Positions 57,408-64,000 of a stretch of 64,000 nucleotides of DNA are shown piece after piece (position 1 is the stretch's first letter; every line of letters starts with the position of its first letter). Source of the stretch: a virus; the IMG/VR virus record IMGVR_UViG_3300020055_000005, positions 64,001 through 128,000 of that record; one strand, written 5' to 3'. A program made the translations under genes and the position numbers. The notes under the pieces were generated by a model. It was not told the origin of the DNA and did not search any database. It saw only the letters and a program-made list of their open reading frames with translations.

Positions 57408-57648
57408 AAAAAAAGCGAGGGGGGATTCGCACACATCAATCATGTATAAACTTGTGGATTTTGTGATACTTGAATCCTTGTCCCTTCGCCGAGTCTTTCG
57501 ACCCTAAAAAAGTCGAATCCTCTCGTCATTCAATACTCTTCAGCAGTGTTGAGAGGATTCTAGACCGTAACCTTCGTACTTCACCATCGTCATTAGTTCT
57601 TGTACCCAGTTTACTGGAGAGGTTGACGATTCCTCGGTGTTACTGGTC
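57408..57648 (-). ncRNA. Candidate ~240-nt multi-domain structured RNA
   Basis: Multiple nested stems and a terminal U-run; no credible ORF. Confidence 0.55.
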
Positions 57649-58095
57649 TTAAAAATCTCCTTCTGCAACTTGCACTACAGTGGTTCCTCTTTTTCTCCAC
57701 ATGTCGACAACTTTATTTCTGTCATCAAACACTAAGTCAATAGTACCACCCATTTCTTCAAATGTGTCTGCAAGGTCAGACTTAAACTCTTCATCAGGTC
57801 TGTAGTCACCATCAGGTCTTAAAAATAATCCTTTGTGACCATCCCCAACCCATTCTGAAATCTGTTTTTCAGTAATCTCTCTTTCAGACTCATTTCTTGC
57901 AGAGAAGAATGCAACATGATCTCCCTGTGCAATGAATCTCTTTGCGACATCAACAACCCACTGCATAGGTGTGTCGTTTACAGTTTCTGCTCTGAAAGAC
58001 TTCCAATCTGCAGGTTTCTGTTCCACAAAATGTCTTCTGTGTTCAACGTCAGCGATTGTTCCGTCAATGTCAAAGATTACATTCCTAATTTTCAT
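57649..58095 (-). CDS. HAD 3'-phosphatase (T4 PNK/PseT phosphatase domain), leaderless
   Basis: IFDIDGTIAD, FSAR, LRPDGD.RPD...K, VFDDR..VVDMWR..G...QVA.GDF; TTGACA-18-TATAAT-6nt-ATG. Confidence 0.88.
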   Translation of the reverse strand: MKIRNVIFDIDGTIADVEHRRHFVEQKPADWKSFRAETVNDTPMQWVVDVAKRFIAQGDHVAFFSARNESEREITEKQISEWVGDGHKGLFLRPDGDYRPDEEFKSDLADTFEEMGGTIDLVFDDRNKVVDMWRKRGTTVVQVAEGDF

Positions 58096-58127
58096 ACTAC
58101 TATTATATGAAAAAGTGACCCCCATTG

Positions 58128-58256
58128 TCAAGCAATATTTACTCTTTTTTGGAGAACTTCTATCTCCTTTTTTTGACGATCATTGGGTTCCTTTACCTTT
58201 AGAAGTCTTTCCAAGGCACCCTTTCTTCTGTTTTGTACGTTCTTTTTTCTAATCAT
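58128..58256 (-). CDS. 42-aa basic protein (not in track)
   Basis: [18 protein letters not shown]...; ATGA-coupled to gp41. Confidence 0.55.
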   Translation of the reverse strand: MIRKKNVQNRRKGALERLLKVKEPNDRQKKEIEVLQKRVNIA

Positions 58257-59635
58257 ATTTTAAAGTCCGAAAATTTATCTTTACCCCTATCGAACACTGG
58301 AGTGTCATCATTCTCCACTGCAGATTCAATAAGTTCCTCTTGTGCTTCCTGTTCACAATCATACAACTTCATTCTACTTCTATCAATACCGATTACAAAT
58401 CTCTTGAAAATTGTAGGGTCGTTGTATCTGTTCTTCAATTGTTTCACTACTAACTGATCTAGTTCTTCTAGTTCATCACTGGTAATCAATGCGAACATCA
58501 AATCTGCAGTTGCAGGTAGACCAAATGATTCTGAAGTGTCTTCAAGTCCAATATCAGTTGAACCATAACCACTACGTGTAGTCTGTGTTGCACTCACTAT
58601 TGGTACATCATACTCCACTGCAAGTCCTCTGAGTTCCTCTGCAATACTCTTGACCAAAGTGTAAGAGTTTGCACCTGAACCAGGCCTGATTCTATGTGAT
58701 GCACAAATGTTTAGATAATCAATAAAGATGATATCAGGTTGAAAGTCTTTCTTGATATCTAACTCCTGCATCAAATGTCTGAAGTGACCTACGTGTGCAG
58801 ATGCAGTTGGATATTCTTTGACAATCAGTTTACCTTTAGTCTTCTCTCTGAGTTTCTCAATCTTCTTATCATACAACTTCTTGTTCATGTCAGGAAGTTC
58901 TTTCATAGGAACGTTCATGATGTTTGCATCAATACGTTCTGCGATTCTCTCTTCTGACATTTCAAGTGTAATGTATAATACATTCTTGTTCATCATTAAA
59001 CAGGATGCAGCCTGATGACACATGAACAATGATTTACCAACACCAGTACCTGCAAGAACAATGTTAAGTGTCTTGTTTGGTAGACCACCTTTGGTTATCT
59101 TGTTGAAGTATTCCAAGTCAAATGGAATCTTTTCTTCTTCTGTGTTATAGAATTCAAATCTTGCATCTGCATCTTCTAAGACATCGTGTCCAATGTGAGT
59201 ATCAAAAGACACGGAAAGTGCATCCTTCAATAGTTCAGGTATTTCACCAGTAGACCGTTGTGATGTTTTATCAAGGACGTTGATACTATCCATCACTGCA
59301 ATGTATATTGCACGATCTTTACACCATGATTCAGTTTCAGTTACTAACCAATCCTGTGGTGTTTCTTCTTTGTTCCTTCCGATTTTCTCTACAATAGATT
59401 TTGTGTTCTTGACAACGGAATCGTTCAGATTCGTATTGTTGTCAAGATTAATGAGAAGTGCTTCTGTTGTAGGATTTTTAGTATACTTGTCAAAGTAACT
59501 TCTTACTTCTTCAAATATTACCTTCTCTTCAGGGTCTGTGAAATAGTCTGATCTAATGAAAGGAATACACTTCCGTGCAAACTCTTCACTCTGAATCAGA
59601 TTCTTCAGTATTGTCTGTTCTAGTCGTGTTTCCAT
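58253..59635 (-). CDS. 41: Replicative helicase gp41
   Basis: [40 protein letters not shown]. Confidence 0.97.
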   Translation of the reverse strand: METRLEQTILKNLIQSEEFARKCIPFIRSDYFTDPEEKVIFEEVRSYFDKYTKNPTTEALLINLDNNTNLNDSVVKNTKSIVEKIGRNKEETPQDWLVTETESWCKDRAIYIAVMDSINVLDKTSQRSTGEIPELLKDALSVSFDTHIGHDVLEDADARFEFYNTEEEKIPFDLEYFNKITKGGLPNKTLNIVLAGTGVGKSLFMCHQAASCLMMNKNVLYITLEMSEERIAERIDANIMNVPMKELPDMNKKLYDKKIEKLREKTKGKLIVKEYPTASAHVGHFRHLMQELDIKKDFQPDIIFIDYLNICASHRIRPGSGANSYTLVKSIAEELRGLAVEYDVPIVSATQTTRSGYGSTDIGLEDTSESFGLPATADLMFALITSDELEELDQLVVKQLKNRYNDPTIFKRFVIGIDRSRMKLYDCEQEAQEELIESAVENDDTPVFDRGKDKFSDFKI

Positions 59636-60638
59636 ATTTAAAGTAATCTTGTACCACTGTTTCTATTTGTTCCATCACCTCATCAGTGAAGTATTTTTCA
59701 GGGTTGTTATTAATTGTCTTACCAAATTCTGTTTTACCATTTGGTAGTTCAACTCTTGTTGAAGACTTTTTGAAGATACCACTTGCAAGTGCAAGGTCTA
59801 GTAGACCATAGTATCTATCAAGTCCTTTGTCGTATGTCAATCTAACATCTACGACTCTGTTCTCAACAGTCAACCTACTCTTTGCATTCTTACAATGAAT
59901 GATATTACCAATGACTTCCGTTCCTTCTTTCTCTTTCTTCTTTGAAAGATAGACAATGGAAGAGGCTGCATATTTGAGACCTGAACCACCACCCATTTCT
60001 TTCTGAGGGAACATAGAACCAATCACATCATAAGTGTGGTTAGTTACAATCATTGGAACTCCTGCTCGTCCTAGTTTAAGAGTTAAGACTCTGAATGCAC
60101 CTTTTACAATCTGTGCTCTCGTCATGTCTCTTGTCTCTTTACCATCTGCAGTGTCTTCGATTTCTTTGGTTGTTGATAACATACCAAGTGAATCAAGAAC
60201 GAACATCATAGGTGGACGTTTGTCTTCAGGGGTTTCGATATACTTATCAAGAATATTAATGGACTGTGTCCTAAATTCTTGTACGGTTACGACTGGAACA
60301 ATCACCACTCTATTTGCATCAATACCTCTGTCTTCAATCATTTCTTTACTGATTGCAGATTCTGATTCAAAGTAGATTACGGCCGCCTCAGGATGGTCTT
60401 CCAAGAATTGTTTTACCATTCCTAGTGCGAAAAAAGTTTTACCAGTTGCAGATTCACCTGCGATTGCAGTGATCTTGTTCTTGGGTAGTCCACCATAAAG
60501 TGAACCACTGAGTAATGCATTAAAGATGTATGACCCACTATCTATGAATGAATCAACATCACCAGCGGAAACACCATCTGCGACGATGGATGCATATTCG
60601 TTCCCACTCGATTTAACTAAGTCTTTAATAAACGACAT
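59586..60638 (-). CDS. uvsX: RecA-like recombinase UvsX
   Basis: [30 protein letters not shown]. Confidence 0.96.
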   Translation of the reverse strand: MSFIKDLVKSSGNEYASIVADGVSAGDVDSFIDSGSYIFNALLSGSLYGGLPKNKITAIAGESATGKTFFALGMVKQFLEDHPEAAVIYFESESAISKEMIEDRGIDANRVVIVPVVTVQEFRTQSINILDKYIETPEDKRPPMMFVLDSLGMLSTTKEIEDTADGKETRDMTRAQIVKGAFRVLTLKLGRAGVPMIVTNHTYDVIGSMFPQKEMGGGSGLKYAASSIVYLSKKKEKEGTEVIGNIIHCKNAKSRLTVENRVVDVRLTYDKGLDRYYGLLDLALASGIFKKSSTRVELPNGKTEFGKTINNNPEKYFTDEVMEQIETVVQDYFKYGNTTRTDNTEESDSE

Positions 60639-60677
60639 AACACTTCTCCATAATGTTTAATAACATTATACGTTAGT

Positions 60678-60860
60678 TTATGTGTTTTGTGAAGGGGTTT
60701 TTTTTAATTCTTTTGAAATTTCTGATAATTTAACTTCGCACTTGACGTGTTCTTCCATCATAGTACGTAACACTCTTATTTGCATTTCCATGTGGGCGAC
60801 AAAACCCATAATCACTAGGATAGAACCTAAGTAAAAACAATCTAAGAGATCAAGTGTCAT
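60678..60860 (-). CDS. Small membrane protein
   Basis: One TM helix; ATGA-coupled. Confidence 0.6.
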   Translation of the reverse strand: MTLDLLDCFYLGSILVIMGFVAHMEMQIRVLRTMMEEHVKCEVKLSEISKELKKTPSQNT

Positions 60861-61297
60861 AGTTCTACTTCACCTGATTCAGTTAATATATCCCTATTTT
60901 TTAGATGTTCTGCTTCGATCTCTTCTTTGTTTCCACCACCATAATCGACTGCATGATGATCATCAATCATTTGTTGATTGACATTTATTTCTGTTTCGAA
61001 TTGAGGATGACCCTCATTGTTATGAATGTAAATCTCTCCAAGGATTCTACCAAACTTACCTTTATCGTGTGAGATAAGAGAAATTCTTTCACCACTTTCT
61101 AGAAGTTTCTTTAAGTGTTTCTTTGATGCTTTTCCAAATTTCTTTTCAACCAAGTCTCTTGTTCTAGATTCAGGCGTGTCGATACCCATGAGCCTAACTC
61201 TTTGTTTGCGATAGGTCATGCCGAATCCTAGATCGATGTCCACGTCTATAGTGTCACCATCCACTACTTTTATAACTGATACATTATACTGATACAT
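60857..61297 (-). CDS. Thermonuclease (SNase)-like nuclease
   Basis: VVDGDT, RVRL.GIDTPE, GKFGRILG. Confidence 0.9.
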   Translation of the reverse strand: MYQYNVSVIKVVDGDTIDVDIDLGFGMTYRKQRVRLMGIDTPESRTRDLVEKKFGKASKKHLKKLLESGERISLISHDKGKFGRILGEIYIHNNEGHPQFETEINVNQQMIDDHHAVDYGGGNKEEIEAEHLKNRDILTESGEVEL

Positions 61298-61314
61298 TTT
61301 TTATTTCTCTCATA

Positions 61315-61342
61315 AAGTTAAGGGGAACTCAGTCCCCCTTAA
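61315..61342 (-). terminator. Terminator-like hairpin
   Basis: TTAAGGGGGA-CTGAG-TTCCCCTTAA-CTTT. Confidence 0.55.
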
Positions 61343-61420
61343 CAGTTCTACATTTCTGTGGGAACTCTGAACAGTAGAGCATCATTGCCTCTAGCAACAT
61401 TGCTGTTGGAATGACTTCTT

Positions 61421-61693
61421 CTACTTTTTTTCAGGCGTCTCCTGTAGTTCATCGGTTTGTCTGTCAACCTCATCTGCAACAGTGTCTACTACACCTATTA
61501 CAGTTTCAGTTGCGAGAGTACCGACTGATACTACATCGTCTGCTACTGCTGTTGCAACGGTTCTTGTTCCTTTTACTGCACCGTCAACAACACCAGTTGT
61601 AAATTCTTTACCACCTTCAATTACACTACCAACTGTAGCGCATGATGGAAGTAATACCACAGAAAATAGTAACATATACATTACTATTTTCAT
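61421..61693 (-). CDS. Lipoprotein, possibly extended to 61329 by -1 frameshift
   Basis: SD GGAG; LPSC lipobox; amphipathic V/G/T-rich body; ends GAA AAA AAG TAG. Confidence 0.8.
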   Translation of the reverse strand: MKIVMYMLLFSVVLLPSCATVGSVIEGGKEFTTGVVDGAVKGTRTVATAVADDVVSVGTLATETVIGVVDTVADEVDRQTDELQETPEKK

Positions 61694-61756
61694 AATTATC
61701 TCCAAATTTGGATAAATCTGTTACACCTCCAACTGAGAGTGTAACCCCACATTTAT

Positions 61757-62032
61757 TTATGTAAGATAACAACCTGAAGACTTTAGTTTGAGGTCAATCT
61801 CGTTATGCACCTCGTATGGGTATGGTACTGGTTCTATAGATAGATTTTCTGCAGCTATCATTAGGTCTTCTAATCTGAGTCTTTCTTTGACGTATGTAAT
61901 AATAATCACTATTGCACCTATAAATGCGAATATGTGTAACATTTCATTTGGAAACATAATCGTAAGTCCAATAATATGTGCAACCAGCACACTATACACA
62001 TAAAACTTTATACTAATCAGTAGGTGCCACAT
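61757..62032 (-). CDS. Membrane protein
   Basis: Two TM helices. Confidence 0.55.
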   Translation of the reverse strand: MWHLLISIKFYVYSVLVAHIIGLTIMFPNEMLHIFAFIGAIVIIITYVKERLRLEDLMIAAENLSIEPVPYPYEVHNEIDLKLKSSGCYLT

Positions 62033-62180
62033 TCAACAACAAATCCTTAAACTCATTCGTGTGCCAATAACTATCTAATGTGATATCAACTACTAGTGCA
62101 ATCAATACCATTGTTAAGATAATCCCCAAATATAAATTGACGAATGCATTAATTTTCATCCATCGTATCAAGTGTTTCAT
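62013..62180 (-). CDS. 55-aa membrane protein (not in track)
   Basis: MKHLIRWMKINAFVNLYLGIILTMVLIALVVD...; ATGA-coupled. Confidence 0.6.
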   Translation of the reverse strand: MKHLIRWMKINAFVNLYLGIILTMVLIALVVDITLDSYWHTNEFKDLLLNVAPTD

Positions 62181-62407
62181 TTTCTATTCCTAATAAATTC
62201 TAATTCTTTTTCCCAATTCCTTTTGTTAGTTTCTGCCTCACCACTACCGTGTTGTGCAAGAATTACTCGTCCACCGTCCATGTCAATACGAATAGAATCT
62301 GTACTGACTATCTCACCATATCTTCCAATAAAAACACCTGTCAATTCACCCTTAGTATCTTCAGGATGAAGACCATTTATTAATTCAACTAACTCTTCTT
62401 TTCTCAT
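62177..62407 (-). CDS. Hypothetical protein
   Basis: ATGA-coupled to the polymerase. Confidence 0.7.
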   Translation of the reverse strand: MRKEELVELINGLHPEDTKGELTGVFIGRYGEIVSTDSIRIDMDGGRVILAQHGSGEAETNKRNWEKELEFIRNRK

Positions 62408-64000
62408 CCAAAAAATGAATCTAATGATGCAACTGGTTCTACGTTCCAGTTGATCAGGTTAACAACTGCCTTCAGTGGTTCCACAAAGGCCTTATCAAAT
62501 TGTAAATCGTGATCAACGAATCTGTGTAAATCAAACTCACGTGGAAGTGTTCCAGTGAATGAGATTACATTTTCATTGATGGGATTCGGTAGTGTCAGAT
62601 ATGTAAACATAATCTTCTCACCATTCTTAATCATTTCATATCGCATGTTTAACTCCTTCTTCTTGAGAAGGTGGTTGTATAACAAAGAACCTCTAACGTG
62701 AATCGGTGTACCCTTAGAATAGATGTTAGTACTGTCTGCATACTGAATCAGGTTTTTACATCCACGTGGGAATGCAACGTCCTCTACAGGTAGGTTCCTG
62801 AAGTCCTTACGTGCAGTCTCTACGAATTCCCATAGTTCTTGTTCGTTACCCTGCATGACAACCTTGAATGCATCTTCAAGTTTCTTACGAATCCACATTG
62901 GTGTTGAAGACTTTGCAGTTTCAATACCCATCATTTTAAGTTTGGGTTCTGCGAGTCTGACACCTTCGTTATCATGTACGTTTAGTATGTACCGTTTCTT
63001 TGCAGTCCAAATACCTCTGTCTGCAATTACCTCACGTCCCATCTGCATCTTTTGTTGGAATGCATTAGTGTAATCTGCGAGGTCTTGGTAACCATTTGCA
63101 ATGACATCTTCTAGTTGACTTTCTGCCTTAGTGAGGAAGTCAATGATCTTTTCTTTAGGTGTATCTTCAGGGAAGATTTGTTTAACCATGTCATCCATGG
63201 TGATGTATACTGAGTCAGTGTCAATTGCAATCACATAGTCTTTGTTGTCAGTCTTTAACACTTCGTTGAGATACTTGTTGATTGTTTTCTCAGCCCACTG
63301 GATGGACAACTGACCACTAAGTGTAATCGCCTCTGCGAGATCAATAGAGAAGAATGCGAAGTATTGATTTGCGAGAGCACCATAAGCAGAGTTCAGTGCA
63401 ATCTTACGAACCTGTTGATTGTTGTATGCACGTTTGATAAGAACATCAAGTTCCTTTCTGCGTTTAGTATCTTTGCAAACTTCACGTTCCTTCTGATACT
63501 CAATCATTCTCTTCTTCCACATCCTACGTTCATCGTAAAACTTTTCCATGAGTTCAGGAAGGAATCCTTGTTTGTCACGTTTGAACATGACTCCGTTAGG
63601 TGTGACACTTAAATCTTGTTGTTTGGTGTAGGATAGATCACACTCTTTGTCCAACATTCGTTTGACATTAACATCTTGTCGATTACCAGTCACCATCTTC
63701 TCAGGTGAAATGTTGTATTGCATAATCAAGTGTGGATACAATGAGTTCAAGTCAAAAGACATAACCCAGTTGTGACCACCAACTAGTGGTTCCTTGACGT
63801 ATGCACCTTGAATCGCATGTGTCTTATCATTACCACTCTTCAGTCTTTGAGGTGGTGTCTGAATGTTTTGATCTTTAAGGAAGTTGTAGATGATGGTTTC
63901 CCAATACTTCACCATACCAAAGACATCAATGTAGTTACACTTCGCATTGTAGGCCATGGTTTGTGTTAGTTCTAGGAATCCTAGTTTGTCATCTAGGTCT
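62404..64000 (-). CDS. 43: DNA polymerase B gp43, 3' part (5' end outside window)
   Basis: SFDLNSLYP, KIALNSAYG, IDTDS, KKRY, GTPIHVRG; frame is open to the window edge. Confidence 0.97.
   Translation of the reverse strand, partial: DLDDKLGFLELTQTMAYNAKCNYIDVFGMVKYWETIIYNFLKDQNIQTPPQRLKSGNDKTHAIQGAYVKEPLVGGHNWVMSFDLNSLYPHLIMQYNISPEKMVTGNRQDVNVKRMLDKECDLSYTKQQDLSVTPNGVMFKRDKQGFLPELMEKFYDERRMWKKRMIEYQKEREVCKDTKRRKELDVLIKRAYNNQQVRKIALNSAYGALANQYFAFFSIDLAEAITLSGQLSIQWAEKTINKYLNEVLKTDNKDYVIAIDTDSVYITMDDMVKQIFPEDTPKEKIIDFLTKAESQLEDVIANGYQDLADYTNAFQQKMQMGREVIADRGIWTAKKRYILNVHDNEGVRLAEPKLKMMGIETAKSSTPMWIRKKLEDAFKVVMQGNEQELWEFVETARKDFRNLPVEDVAFPRGCKNLIQYADSTNIYSKGTPIHVRGSLLYNHLLKKKELNMRYEMIKNGEKIMFTYLTLPNPINENVISFTGTLPREFDLHRFVDHDLQFDKAFVEPLKAVVNLINWNVEPVASLDSFFG

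Noticed and set aside
57560-57648. Twister ribozyme resemblance (UAACAC...GUACAAG...GUGAAGUAC)
   Set aside because: The conserved GC/GC second pseudoknot and a proper P4/P1 are missing; kept only as an unknown structured RNA

Overview
64 kb internal segment of an AT-rich (roughly 37% GC by eye) T4-like (Tevenvirinae-related) myophage genome resembling marine/aquatic T4-like phages; spanin-like genes point to a Gram-negative host. 1-4405 (+) is a virion block: gp2 3' end, gp54-like, gp26, gp51 and a tape-measure-like gene. Almost everything else is on the - strand: replication/recombination genes (gp32, gp59, gp33, RNase H, primase gp61, helicase gp41, UvsX, 3' part of DNA polymerase gp43), nrdA/nrdB/glutaredoxin, ribosomal protein bS21, seven CCA-ending tRNAs, many modification enzymes (five 2OG-Fe(II) oxygenase-like, split carbamoyltransferase, radical SAM/SPASM, APS kinase, HxGH nucleotidyltransferase, sulfotransferase, GNAT, GT-like, PAP2) and a late cluster of probable capsid-internal proteins. 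The most notable unexplained signals are: (i) a ligase-motif protein, an NTase-kinase fusion, a PNK-type phosphatase, tRNAs and three structured RNAs together at 53.4-58.1 kb (candidate RNA-repair/anti-defence module); (ii) two candidate -1 programmed frameshifts (gp26 to gp51; a lipoprotein ending on A AAA AAG); (iii) several unannotated structured ncRNA candidates; (iv) many apparently leaderless mRNAs, including bS21; (v) a ParB-like gene with a triple palindromic leader. All protein calls come from motif recognition by eye, not database searches.
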